This document shows, piece by piece, positions 48,218 through 58,155 of a DNA stretch of 64,000 nucleotides. The stretch spans positions 160,001-224,000 of the forward strand of contig JAXGYC010000011.1 in NCBI GenBank assembly GCA_040772485.1. Reading direction: 5' to 3'. The translations under genes were made by a program, and so were the position numbers. This DNA is from Sedimentisphaerales bacterium. Lineage in GTDB: Bacteria; Planctomycetota; Phycisphaerae; Sedimentisphaerales; Anaerobacaceae. The number at the start of each line of letters is the position of its first letter. The stretch's first letter is position 1. Below the pieces are notes generated by a model. The model did no database searches, was not told where the DNA came from, and saw nothing but the letters and a program-made list of their open reading frames with translations.

Positions 48218-48465
48218 CCGCCGCATCCGGCGCCGGCCCATCCGGCCTGCCGCATTTGTCCCCGCTACGATCCAACATCACACACACTCTCTCTCTGAAA
48301 CACCTCCGCTGGGTCACCGCAACGCCGCTGTCAGAAAATCGGGCGGTCCGTATAGAATCCTGACATCGGCCGGAAACGATGCGCCATAGAAGAAAGGCCC
48401 TTTCCTCGGCCTCTCCGCCCTTTGCGGGCCGTTCGACCGCTGCCGCCGCCCCGCGACCGTCTCCC

Positions 48466-48481
48466 TGGCACGCCTGTTGCT
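48466..48481 (+). promoter_or_regulatory. sigma54 promoter of the TPR-fliL-fliM-flhA operon
   Basis: TGGCAC-GCCTG-TTGCT, full consensus match. Confidence 0.85.
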
Positions 48482-48565
48482 ATGGTCTCGATATGGTCGT
48501 GGGCCATGCTCTGCGAACGCCGAAGACGGTTCGGAGCGTCGCCCGCACTGAGAGAGCTGAACGTT

Positions 48566-51136
48566 ATGCCGATGAAACGGCCACAACTCAACCGCAAGAA
48601 GAAGACGCAGGCGTCCGATGGTCCCTCCGGACCGCTCCACGAGGAGCTTTTTGCGACCCCGGTCAACCAGCCGGAGTACGGCGACATTTTCGCCTCCTTC
48701 CTCGACCTCGCCTCAGAGGCCGGGCCCTCCGAGTTTGGCGATCCCCTGGAAGGCCCGCCGACGACGGCGCTGCGTCTGCCTCGTCCACGATTCACCAACG
48801 TGCAGAAAGGGCTGTTCGCCGGAATCGTCTTCGTTGCGGCGCTGGTGACCTATGCGGTGCTCCGGATCGTGCCGTCGGCGTCCCAGGAACAGGTTCCTGT
48901 CCAGCCGGATGAGGCGCAGAACCAGTACACGTCGTTTCAGCCGTCCTACACGGACCCGCCGGCGCAGTCGCCGCTCCAGTCTCGTGAACCGAACCCACCG
49001 GCGCCCGAACCGGCCGCGATTCCTCCAAGGGCGGAGATCAACCTGCCGACGGTCGAACCGTTGTCCCTGCAGATCGCCAACAAGCTCTATCTGGGCGCCG
49101 ACTATGAGAGCGCCCTGGCGACGTACGACAAACTCTACCGGCGTCTTCCTCCCACCGAGGAGCAGCAACCGCTGCGGGACTTCCTGCTGCTTCGCATGGC
49201 CTTGTGCAGCCGCAACGCCGGCAACGCGCAGCAAGCCGACAACATGCTCCGAACCGTCTCGCTCAGCCGTTTCCCCATGCTTCGCGCCCTGGCGCGATAC
49301 CATCAGAGCACGACGCTGATGGAACGCGAGCGCTACCTGGAGGCGGCCACGCGAGCGTATCAAACCATCGCTCTGGTCGAGGTGGTGGATTACGACCAGA
49401 AATGGGTGCGGGCGGTCCAGCGTCAATGCTCCTTCCTGATCTCCGAGGCGTTGACCCGAAGCCTGCTGTCTCTGCGCGACGCCGACGGCGACCTGCCGGC
49501 GGAGCTGTGGACGCGGCACCCGGACATCGACCCCTTCGTCAACCTCGACGACGCCCAACTGAAGGTCTTCCTGACCTCGGGGTCCGAGAAACTCGACGAA
49601 GCCCTGCTGGGGCCGCAGATCCGACCGACGGGGGAAAAAGGCCATTGGTCGGTCATCTGCAACGGCGCCCCGATCGAGGAACTGCTGTCCCGGTTCGCCA
49701 CGAACACGGGCTACAACATCCAGTGGCCGGAGAGCAGCCGAGTGGCTCTGGAGGAGGAGACGCTCCGCCGGCGGCCGGCCTACCTCTATCTGCGATCCGC
49801 GACGACGCAGCAGGTGATGACGATTGCGGCCGGCAGCGTCGGTTTGCTGGCCCGAATGGATACGAAGGGCAGTGTCCGCATCGTCGATCCATCCTCTTAT
49901 ATCTCTCTGGCGGAACACACCGAACTGCTCGCCGAGGAGTCCGTCTCGCTCTGGCAACGGTTCCTCCTGACCGCCGAAGATGACACCCGGGTCTCCAGCA
50001 GCCATTTCGCCCTGGGGCTGCTCTACGCCGCACGCGATCGGACCAACGAGGCGATCGCCGAATACAGGCTGATCGCCAATCGATTCCCGAAGGACGCCCT
50101 GGCGCCTCACGCCCTGCTGTGTTCGGGCCGGCTCAAGGTGGCGCTGCGCGACTACGCGGGCGCCCAGGCCGACCTGAAGCAACTGGTGGACCTCTATCCC
50201 GAAACCGATCTGGCGGACCGCGCCTGCCTGTATCTGGCCGATGCGACCCTGAAGGCCGGGCTGTACGAGGAGGCGACGAATCTGTACCGCAAGGTGTACA
50301 GCATGGGCCTGTCGCGCGACGCGCAGACGGAATCGGCGCTGGGGGCCGGACGCGGCTTCTACGAGACCGAGCGGTATGAAGACGCGGCCACGTGGCTGAG
50401 CCGCTACGTCACGCTGGCCCAGAACCAGAACCGTCGGGAGTTCCACGCCGCCTGTCTGCTCCTCGGCAAGACCTATCTGGCGCTCGAAAGACCGCAGGAG
50501 GCCCACGCCGTGCTGAACCTCGCGCTCAAGGGCGATCTGTCGCAGCAGCAGCACGTCGATACCGTCGTCGCTCTGGTTCGCGCCTACATGCAGCAGGGAC
50601 TCTACGTCGAAGCCCTGAACACGCTCGAGGGGGCCAACGCCTGGCAACTGTCGCAGCAGGAGGCCGTCGAGCTGCTGCTGATTCGCGCAAGGATTCTGCG
50701 GTCCATCGGCCTCCAGAACAAGGCGATTGCCATCCTCGGGGAGAAAGGGCAGTTCCTTCCCAGCTCCGAGCTTCGAGGCAGGGTGGCGCTGGAGCTGGCG
50801 GGCTGTTGCGTCGACGCCGGTGATCTGGAGCGGGCCCGCAAGACGCTGAGCGAAACGCTCACCCTGGTCGAGCCCGGGCCGCTGGCCCAGCAGATCGGCT
50901 GCGAGCTGGCGCGCATTTGCCTTCGCCTGGGCCAGAGCGGACAGGCAGTTTCGGTCTGCCTGCAATTGCTCGAACACACGGAGGAATCCGCGGAGAAGAA
51001 AGAGATACAGACACTGCTGGCGGAGGCATACCGTCAGCAGGAGCAATACGACCGGGCGGTCTCGGTGCTGCTGGAGGCCCCGACGGCTTCTTCGAGTTCC
51101 GGCGGCGCGCTGCCCAGTCCGGGGGTGGGAATATGA
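48566..51136 (+). CDS. Membrane-anchored TPR protein with an internal STN-like segment
   Basis: Single TM (GLFAGIVFVAALVTYAVL), Pro-rich linker, many TPRs; start placed downstream of the sigma54 promoter. Confidence 0.75.
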   Translation: MPMKRPQLNRKKKTQASDGPSGPLHEELFATPVNQPEYGDIFASFLDLASEAGPSEFGDPLEGPPTTALRLPRPRFTNVQKGLFAGIVFVAALVTYAVLRIVPSASQEQVPVQPDEAQNQYTSFQPSYTDPPAQSPLQSREPNPPAPEPAAIPPRAEINLPTVEPLSLQIANKLYLGADYESALATYDKLYRRLPPTEEQQPLRDFLLLRMALCSRNAGNAQQADNMLRTVSLSRFPMLRALARYHQSTTLMERERYLEAATRAYQTIALVEVVDYDQKWVRAVQRQCSFLISEALTRSLLSLRDADGDLPAELWTRHPDIDPFVNLDDAQLKVFLTSGSEKLDEALLGPQIRPTGEKGHWSVICNGAPIEELLSRFATNTGYNIQWPESSRVALEEETLRRRPAYLYLRSATTQQVMTIAAGSVGLLARMDTKGSVRIVDPSSYISLAEHTELLAEESVSLWQRFLLTAEDDTRVSSSHFALGLLYAARDRTNEAIAEYRLIANRFPKDALAPHALLCSGRLKVALRDYAGAQADLKQLVDLYPETDLADRACLYLADATLKAGLYEEATNLYRKVYSMGLSRDAQTESALGAGRGFYETERYEDAATWLSRYVTLAQNQNRREFHAACLLLGKTYLALERPQEAHAVLNLALKGDLSQQQHVDTVVALVRAYMQQGLYVEALNTLEGANAWQLSQQEAVELLLIRARILRSIGLQNKAIAILGEKGQFLPSSELRGRVALELAGCCVDAGDLERARKTLSETLTLVEPGPLAQQIGCELARICLRLGQSGQAVSVCLQLLEHTEESAEKKEIQTLLAEAYRQQEQYDRAVSVLLEAPTASSSSGGALPSPGVGI

Positions 51137-52077
51137 CTGTAGACCGACACGTGCCTCTCGATTGCGGATGGCGGACCGGCACGCTGGCCGCAGCGATCCT
51201 CTGCCTGGTCGTGGGATTGCCGCTGGACCCGATCTGGGGACAGGCAATGCCAAAGCCGCCGGCGAACCGCCGCACGGCGAAAGCGCCGGCCCGGCAAAAC
51301 ACCAACCGCCAGACCGCGCCGGAGAACAGCGTGACTCCCGAGTATTCCTCGCCGGACGCCGATTACGCGGTAACCGGTCTTCTGAGCCGCACAACGACGC
51401 GAAGCGAGGAAGTCGACGCCAATCTCCCCTGGAGCACCGGCCTGACGCGCCGCCTCTGGGAGAGTCGCATGGCGGCCCCCGATCCGAACGAAGACGCCGA
51501 GACGCGGGCCGCCCTGGACGACCTGATCCGTCGCATTCGTACCGTGCGATTCGAAGACAGCTCCCTGGAGCCGGTATTCTCGGCGCCCGCGGAGCCGGCG
51601 GTCCCGACCAATCCGACACCCGTTGTCAGCGCCACACCGACGCCGCAGATGCCGCCGGCCGAGCCCGTCGCCGTTCCTTCAAAGCTGTCCGAACCGCCTA
51701 ACGCGCTGGCGCCCAGGACCATGAAGAAACTCGAAGACGTGTTGCAGGACCCCAACCAGATCGGCGATCCGCTCGAGATGGCGGAACTGCTGTTCCTCAG
51801 CGGACACCGACCCGAGGCCGCAGTCTTCTACGAGCGGGCGCTGGCTCGGATCGCGCCCCACGACTCGTCGAAACAGGACGACCGGGCCTGGATCCTGTTC
51901 CAGTTGGCCAACTGCCTGCGCGAGACCGACATGGCCCGCGCCAAGGACCTGTACATGAAGCTCGTGTCGGAGCATCCGGGTTCGGCCTGGACGGAATTGG
52001 CCAAGGCGCACGGCCGATTGATCACCTGGTATCAGAGCGCCAAGCCGCAACAGCTCATGCCAGAGAAACCGGAATGA
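51133..52077 (+). CDS. Exported TPR protein with Pro-rich linker
   Basis: ATGA overlap; hydrophobic N-terminus; C-terminal TPRs (EAAVFYERAL, AWILFQLANCL). Confidence 0.7.
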   Translation: MTVDRHVPLDCGWRTGTLAAAILCLVVGLPLDPIWGQAMPKPPANRRTAKAPARQNTNRQTAPENSVTPEYSSPDADYAVTGLLSRTTTRSEEVDANLPWSTGLTRRLWESRMAAPDPNEDAETRAALDDLIRRIRTVRFEDSSLEPVFSAPAEPAVPTNPTPVVSATPTPQMPPAEPVAVPSKLSEPPNALAPRTMKKLEDVLQDPNQIGDPLEMAELLFLSGHRPEAAVFYERALARIAPHDSSKQDDRAWILFQLANCLRETDMARAKDLYMKLVSEHPGSAWTELAKAHGRLITWYQSAKPQQLMPEKPE

Positions 52078-52113
52078 TGGATGCATTCTACGCGCTGACA
52101 GGAGACTCCCAGA

Positions 52114-53646
52114 GTGAGTGACATCGACATCGAAAGCAACCACAGGACCCCGGCCCAGTGCGACAGCGTCAACGTGCTGATCGTCGAGGACGAGCCGGAG
52201 ACGGCAAGACTCATGCTCGCGACTCTCGCCCGCAAGGGCGTCCGCGCGCAACTGGCCGGCAACGCCAGAGCCGCCCTGGCCGCGCTCGACAAGAACCGCT
52301 GCGACCTGGTCTTTCTCAGCACGTCTCTGGGATACGCCCCCGACCGGTTGGACGGCTTCGAACTGCTGGCGACTATTCGCGCCGCCGCGCCGGAGATGCC
52401 GATCGTCATGCTCGCCGGACCGCAGGAACCGTCCGGCGCTGGGAATCGTCCGGCCGATGGCCATCACCTGCTGCGCCTCGGAACGCAGACCGCGGTCCGG
52501 GCCATCCAGGCCGGCTGTCGCGATTTCCTGCTCAAGCCTCTGTCGCAACAGACAATCGAAGGGGTTCTCGAAACCATGCTGCCCAACCGGCGCGTCGCCA
52601 CCGCCGCGTCAGCCTGCGAAGGGGACCGCTGCCTCTATCAGATCGTCGGACGCAGCGCCCGGCTCGTGCAGACCGTCACGCTGGCCGAACGCATCGCGCC
52701 GACTTCCGTGCCCGTCCTCATCAACGGCGAGAGCGGTACCGGCAAAGAGCTGATCAGCATGCTGATCCATCACAACAGCAAGCGGGCTCTGGGACCGTTC
52801 GTCCACGTCAACTGCGCCGCCCTCAGTGACACGCTGCTCGAAAGCGAGCTGTTCGGACACGAGAAAGGCGCCTTCACGGGAGCGTACACCCAACGCAAGG
52901 GCCGCTTCGAAAGGGCCCACGGCGGCACGCTGCTTCTCGACGAGATCACCGAGACGCCGCCTCAGTTTCAGGCCAAGCTGCTGCGCATCCTCGAGCAGCA
53001 GGAATTCGAACGGGTCGGCGGCAGCGAGAACATCAAGATCAATGTCCGCATCATCAGCACGACCAATCGCGATCTGCTGGGCGAGGTGCAGATGGGGCGT
53101 TTCCGCCCGGACCTCTACTATCGGCTCAGCGCCGCACGGATTGTGGTCCCGCCCTTGCGGGAGCGACGCGAGGACCTGACCGAACTGGTCTGGCACTTCG
53201 TCAATCTGTATGCCCGTGAAGCGCAGCGGCGCATCGCCCGCCTGGACCCGGCGATGATGGAGATCTTTGCGGAGTACCCCTGGCCCGGCAACATCCGCCA
53301 GCTCCGCAATGTGGTACTGACCAGTCTGATTCTCGGGACCGGCCCAACACTGTCGCTGGCCGATGTTTCGTGGTTGTTCGACGAGCTTCAGCCTCTGCCC
53401 CAGTGCGACCGGCCGCATCGCACAGTCGCCACCGCCGGCGTGACCGCCGATCCGGCTGCCGACGCCGGCGCCGGCGTCGGCGGAATCCCTCTGGCCGATC
53501 TCGAACGTAAGGCGATCCTCGAAACCCTCCGCCAGACCTCCGGCAACCAGACCAAGGCCGCCAAGGTCCTCGGAATCAGCGATCGCACGCTCCGTGAGAA
53601 GATGCGGCGTTACCGTCAGCAGGAATGTCTCCAGCCGGTCTCCTGA
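52114..53646 (+). CDS. sigma54-dependent response regulator (FleR/FlbD-like)
   Basis: LIVEDE receiver start, FLLKP, GESGTGKE, GAFTGA, WPGNIRQLRN, HTH GNQTKAAKVLGIS. Confidence 0.93.
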   Translation: MSDIDIESNHRTPAQCDSVNVLIVEDEPETARLMLATLARKGVRAQLAGNARAALAALDKNRCDLVFLSTSLGYAPDRLDGFELLATIRAAAPEMPIVMLAGPQEPSGAGNRPADGHHLLRLGTQTAVRAIQAGCRDFLLKPLSQQTIEGVLETMLPNRRVATAASACEGDRCLYQIVGRSARLVQTVTLAERIAPTSVPVLINGESGTGKELISMLIHHNSKRALGPFVHVNCAALSDTLLESELFGHEKGAFTGAYTQRKGRFERAHGGTLLLDEITETPPQFQAKLLRILEQQEFERVGGSENIKINVRIISTTNRDLLGEVQMGRFRPDLYYRLSAARIVVPPLRERREDLTELVWHFVNLYAREAQRRIARLDPAMMEIFAEYPWPGNIRQLRNVVLTSLILGTGPTLSLADVSWLFDELQPLPQCDRPHRTVATAGVTADPAADAGAGVGGIPLADLERKAILETLRQTSGNQTKAAKVLGISDRTLREKMRRYRQQECLQPVS

Positions 53647-53690
53647 ACATCTCGGGACAGGGCTCGAACGCAAGGAAGGATTCGCAACCC

Positions 53691-54260
53691 ATGGCTGAAC
53701 CCGAAAAGAAGAAGAACGAGAAGGCTTCCGAGTCAGAGGCCCAGGACAAGAAGGGCAAGTCCTCGAAACTGATGCCTTGCCTGATCCCGGTGGTCACGGT
53801 CGCGCTCTGCGCCGGCGGCGGCTTCGTTGTCGGGCGGCTCTTCGGCACGCGGGGCCAGGCCCAGAACGCAGCGGCCTCCGAGGCGCCGACGGCAACGGCC
53901 CCGGCGTTGCCCCCGGTCAACGGGGCCGCCACCGGCTCGAGCTGGTACTACGACCTGGAACCCGTCGTCTCCAATCTCAACGAGCCTGGTGTGACACGCT
54001 ACGTGCGCATCACCTTGACACTCGAAGTCGGAGACAAGCTGTCCGAAAAGGACGGGACCCCCTTCCTCGAGCAGCGCAAGCCCCTCTTGAAGAACTGGCT
54101 GACGTTGTTCGTGGCCAACCTGACGCTGGAGGACATTCGAGGCGAGCGCAACCTGCGCAGCGTGCAGAGCCAGATCGCCGACACCTTCAACCAGGGACTG
54201 TTTCCCAACGCCCCGCCGTGCATCAAGCGAGTCCTGTTCAAGGAGTTGTCGATCCAATGA
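53691..54260 (+). CDS. fliL: Flagellar basal body protein FliL
   Basis: N-terminal TM; YDLEPVVSNL...RYVRI; VLFKELSIQ C-terminus. Confidence 0.85.
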   Translation: MAEPEKKKNEKASESEAQDKKGKSSKLMPCLIPVVTVALCAGGGFVVGRLFGTRGQAQNAAASEAPTATAPALPPVNGAATGSSWYYDLEPVVSNLNEPGVTRYVRITLTLEVGDKLSEKDGTPFLEQRKPLLKNWLTLFVANLTLEDIRGERNLRSVQSQIADTFNQGLFPNAPPCIKRVLFKELSIQ

Positions 54261-55258
54261 CCGCTTCGTCCGGCGTCCATCTGAACCGCGCGCGACTGCA
54301 CCGCCTGCTGGCGGCGGTCGGCTCGACCCCTGTTCCGGCGGAGGTGACCTCCGAGGCAGCGCTCTACGACTGGCGGGACCCTCACTACTTCGACGAGGAC
54401 CAGCGCGACCGTCTGGCCGCCATCATGAGCCAGGTCGCCGCGGTGCTGTCCGAACGATGCGTCCATTTCTTCAACAGCGAGTTCCAGGTCGTCCCCGCGT
54501 CGATCACCCAGCACTTCGCCGCGGATGCGGCTCGTCACGCGAAGGCCGAGCAGAGTTTCGCCGTGACGTTCGGCCCGGCCCAGAAGCCGCCTTGCGGGTT
54601 CCTGGCGATCGGCGCCACCGTGGCCATGGACTGGGTCACGCGTCTGCTGGGCGATTCCGAATCCGATCAGGACCCGAATCGGCCTCTCTCTTCGTTGGAG
54701 GAGTCCCTTCTTTCGGATCTGGCCGGCGCGATGACCGAAGCGTTTCTCGATTCGCTTCGCCCGCATCAGGACCTCAAAGCGGCGGGCCAGGTGAGCCGCG
54801 AGGCGGCCCCGGTGTCTTTCGAACCGTCCGACCCGATTTGCCGGATCGTCTTTCAGATCCGAAGAGCCGAGGCCGAGGCCGAGGCCGCTTCCGAAGCGAC
54901 CTTCATCGTGGGCGGTCCCACGCTGGCCCCGGTCCTGGGCAAATCCATCCCGGCCAAGCCGAACGTGAAACAGGATGAACTGTCGCGTCTGCTCATGGAG
55001 CACGTGCACCGGATGCCCGTGACGATCTGTGCCCGGCTGGCCTCGATGCGGTTGTCGTTCGAGGAGGTCCTCGATCTGGCGCCCGGCGACGTCCTTCTGC
55101 TCGACAAGGGCCTGGACGAGCCGGTCGACCTGATCCTTCACAACGAAACCGTCTTCCGCGGCCGCCCCGCCCAGAAGGACGGGCAGTACGCGGTGTTGAT
55201 TACCGAACGCGCCGCGGACTCCCATCCCGATGCGCCTCGGGGTCGCGACGCCAGGTAA
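54257..55258 (+). CDS. fliM: Motor switch protein FliM (divergent)
   Basis: YDWRDP, RLLG, RPLSSLEE, C-terminal SpoA domain (LDLAPGDVL, FRGRP). Confidence 0.8.
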   Translation: MTASSGVHLNRARLHRLLAAVGSTPVPAEVTSEAALYDWRDPHYFDEDQRDRLAAIMSQVAAVLSERCVHFFNSEFQVVPASITQHFAADAARHAKAEQSFAVTFGPAQKPPCGFLAIGATVAMDWVTRLLGDSESDQDPNRPLSSLEESLLSDLAGAMTEAFLDSLRPHQDLKAAGQVSREAAPVSFEPSDPICRIVFQIRRAEAEAEAASEATFIVGGPTLAPVLGKSIPAKPNVKQDELSRLLMEHVHRMPVTICARLASMRLSFEEVLDLAPGDVLLLDKGLDEPVDLILHNETVFRGRPAQKDGQYAVLITERAADSHPDAPRGRDAR

Positions 55259-55280
55259 GCGTCAGAAAGGAAATGCGGCT

Positions 55281-55664
55281 ATGCCTGAAACGGCCGAAGC
55301 AGAAATCCAGAACGAGTCCCAACAAGCACCGGGACAGGTCCCGACCGACGGAAAGACGCAGGCCCAGCCGGTGGAGTTTCCCGAAGCCCCGGAGGGACAG
55401 GCCACCGGTTCCGGCGGGCAACTCGACATCCTGCTGGACATGGACGTGCCCGTGACTGTGGCCTTGGGCACCACGCAGGTTCCCGTCCGGCGCCTGCTGC
55501 AGCTCGGACCGGGCGCAGTGATCCAGCTCGAGAAGTCCATCGACGCGCCGGTCGATCTGTACCTGAGGGATTCGAAGTTCGCCGAGGCCGAGGTGGTCGT
55601 GGTGGACAATCGGTTCGCCGTGCGGATCAAGACGATTACCGGCACCGCCGCCGCGGCAAGCTGA
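55281..55664 (+). CDS. fliN: Motor switch protein FliN
   Basis: LDILLDMDVPVTVALG, LLQLGPGAVIQL, EVVVVDNRFAVRI. Confidence 0.93.
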   Translation: MPETAEAEIQNESQQAPGQVPTDGKTQAQPVEFPEAPEGQATGSGGQLDILLDMDVPVTVALGTTQVPVRRLLQLGPGAVIQLEKSIDAPVDLYLRDSKFAEAEVVVVDNRFAVRIKTITGTAAAAS

Positions 55665-55712
55665 CCGAACGGCAGAAAAGACACAGGGACCCAGAGGAAC
55701 TGAATTCTCTCT

Positions 55713-57848
55713 ATGGCATCTGATCGCTCCAAAACGCCGCATTCAGCCACAGGCGACCCCGCCGGACATCGGGACCTGATGAATGTCCCTCTGGCCGCCC
55801 ACAGCAACATCATCATGGCCTTCGGACTGGTGGCCGTCCTGGCCACCCTGATCATCCCGCTGCCCACCACGGTGCTCGACCTGCTCCTGGCGTGCAGCAT
55901 TTCTCTGGCCATCGCCGTACTCATCGTGACGCTCTCGTCCACCGAGCCGCTCGAACTGTCCACCTTCCCCTCCCTGCTGCTGTTCACCACGCTGTTTCGC
56001 CTCTCGCTCAACGTCGCCTCCACGCGTCTGATCCTGCTCCAGGGCGACGCCGGCAAGATCATCCAGACCTTCGGCGGCTTCGTCGCCGGCGGCAGCTTCG
56101 TCGTCGGCATGGTCATCTTCCTGATCCTCGTCATCATTCAGTTCATCGTCATCACCAAGGGCGCCGAGCGCATCAGCGAAGTGTCGGCGCGATTCACCCT
56201 GGACGCCATGCCCGGCAAGCAGATGGCCATCGACGCCGACCTCAACGCCGGCGTCATCACCGAGAGCCAGGCCAACGAGCGGCGCGCCAAGATCGTCAAG
56301 GAGAGCGAATTCTACGGGGCCATGGACGGAGCCAGCAAATTCATCCGCGGCGACGCCAAGGCCGGCCTGGTCATCACCGCCGTGAACATTGTCGGCGGCA
56401 TCGCCATGGGCTACTCCCACGGCATGGGCATCACCGACGCCATCAAGACCTACTCGATCCTCTCGATCGGCGACGGTCTGGTCAGCCAGATTCCCTCACT
56501 GGTCATCTCGGTCAGCTCGGGCTTCCTTGTCACGAAGATCTCCTCCAGCCACAGCGTCGGCGAGGACATCTCCAGGCAGTTCCTCAAGGCCGGCCAGCCT
56601 CTTCTGGCGGCGGCCTGCATCATCGGCGCGATGGCCTTCGTTCCCGGCATGCCCAAGGTCCAGTTCCTGCTCCTGGGCGGCGCCGTCGCTCTGGTCGGGC
56701 GGACCGCCTCCCGGGCCGAGAAGAAGCCGCTGTCGGCGCCGGAAACACCCGCCAAGAAGACCGAGAAGGAACCGGTCGAGGAGCTGCTGGACATGGATCG
56801 GATCTCCGTCCACGTCGGCGTGCGCCTGATCACGCTGGTGGACCCCAGGAAGAGCAACACGATCTTCGAGCGGATCGGCGCCCTGCGCCGGCAGTTCGCC
56901 CAGCACCTGGGGATCGTCATCCCCCTGGTGCGCCTGCGCGACGATCTGAACCTCGAACCGAACGCCTACGAGATCCGCCTCTCGGAGATCCCGGTGGCCA
57001 AGGGCCGGCTGGAGCCGGAGATGTTCCTGGCCATGGACCCCGGCGGCGTCCGCGAAAAGGTCGAGGGCATCAAGACAACCGAACCGGTGTACGGACTGCC
57101 CGCCATCTGGGTCTCGGCCGGCAAGAAGGAAACCGCCGAACTGAACGGCTACACCGTCATCGATCCGGAGTCGGTCTTCATCACCCATCTGTCCGAGACG
57201 CTCAAGAGACACGCCGACGAGCTGCTGACCCGCGAAGACGTGCAACTGCTCGTGGACCGTCTCCGCAAAAACCAGCCGTCGCTCGTCGGAGAGATCGTCG
57301 GCGCCGACAGCGACGTCTCCATCGCCCTGCTCCAGCGGGTCCTGAAGAACCTGCTCAAGGGCGGCATTCCCGTGCGGGAACTGACGGCGATTCTCGAATC
57401 GCTGGCGGAAAACGCCTCGAAGACCAAGAACGCCAACACGCTGACCGAGGTGGTACGCAAGTCGCTGAGCCGGACCATCACCGAACAATACCGCAACGCG
57501 GCCGGCAAGATCGTGGCCATCACATTCGATCCGTCCTTCGAGCATCAGTTGACCGGCAGTCTGAGCCAGGAAGGCGGCGAGCTGACGCTGAACCTTCCGG
57601 CCGACGTCGCCATGGAACTGAACCGGATGATGGCCGACGCGTGGCGGTCCGGAATGGATCAGGGCAGCGAGAAGCTCGTGCTGCTCTGCGATGCGCGACT
57701 GCGAGCCCCGCTGGCGCGGATGCTGGCGCGGACGCTGCCGATGCTTCCGGTGGTGGCCTATGACGAGATCGTGCTCGGCACCGAGGTCGAATCGATCGAA
57801 ACCATCCTGCCCCAGGAGAAGGCCGCACCGGCCTATGCCCATGCGTAA
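55713..57848 (+). CDS. flhA: Export apparatus protein FlhA
   Basis: FPSLLLFTTLFRLSLNVASTR, RFTLDAMPGKQMAIDADL, FYGAMDGASKF, IGDGLVSQIP. Confidence 0.98.
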   Translation: MASDRSKTPHSATGDPAGHRDLMNVPLAAHSNIIMAFGLVAVLATLIIPLPTTVLDLLLACSISLAIAVLIVTLSSTEPLELSTFPSLLLFTTLFRLSLNVASTRLILLQGDAGKIIQTFGGFVAGGSFVVGMVIFLILVIIQFIVITKGAERISEVSARFTLDAMPGKQMAIDADLNAGVITESQANERRAKIVKESEFYGAMDGASKFIRGDAKAGLVITAVNIVGGIAMGYSHGMGITDAIKTYSILSIGDGLVSQIPSLVISVSSGFLVTKISSSHSVGEDISRQFLKAGQPLLAAACIIGAMAFVPGMPKVQFLLLGGAVALVGRTASRAEKKPLSAPETPAKKTEKEPVEELLDMDRISVHVGVRLITLVDPRKSNTIFERIGALRRQFAQHLGIVIPLVRLRDDLNLEPNAYEIRLSEIPVAKGRLEPEMFLAMDPGGVREKVEGIKTTEPVYGLPAIWVSAGKKETAELNGYTVIDPESVFITHLSETLKRHADELLTREDVQLLVDRLRKNQPSLVGEIVGADSDVSIALLQRVLKNLLKGGIPVRELTAILESLAENASKTKNANTLTEVVRKSLSRTITEQYRNAAGKIVAITFDPSFEHQLTGSLSQEGGELTLNLPADVAMELNRMMADAWRSGMDQGSEKLVLLCDARLRAPLARMLARTLPMLPVVAYDEIVLGTEVESIETILPQEKAAPAYAHA

Positions 57849-57915
57849 TGACAAGACCCACAAGACAAAAGGCAATGGTGTGCGGTGCACACTCGACGGA
57901 GGAAACGACTGACTT

Positions 57916-58155
57916 ATGCTGCTTCAGACACGACCCATCGCATTCACCGCCGCGGTGATCGCCTTCTTCGTCCTGAGCATCGTCGGGTGCGTGGTAAGCC
58001 TGTCGCCCGAAACGTGCTGCAAGCGCGCCGTGCTCGGCGCGGTGGTGACGTACCTGGTCGCCTCCGTGGCCATGCGCGCCGTGGACGCCATTGTGACCGC
58101 AGCGATGATTGCCAGCCAGATAAGCAAGGATCAGACCGGTGACCGCAAGAACTGA
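57916..58155 (+). CDS. Small two-TM hypothetical protein between flhA and fliA
   Basis: 79 aa, two hydrophobic helices, GGAGG upstream, overlaps the fliA start. Confidence 0.6.
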   Translation: MLLQTRPIAFTAAVIAFFVLSIVGCVVSLSPETCCKRAVLGAVVTYLVASVAMRAVDAIVTAAMIASQISKDQTGDRKN

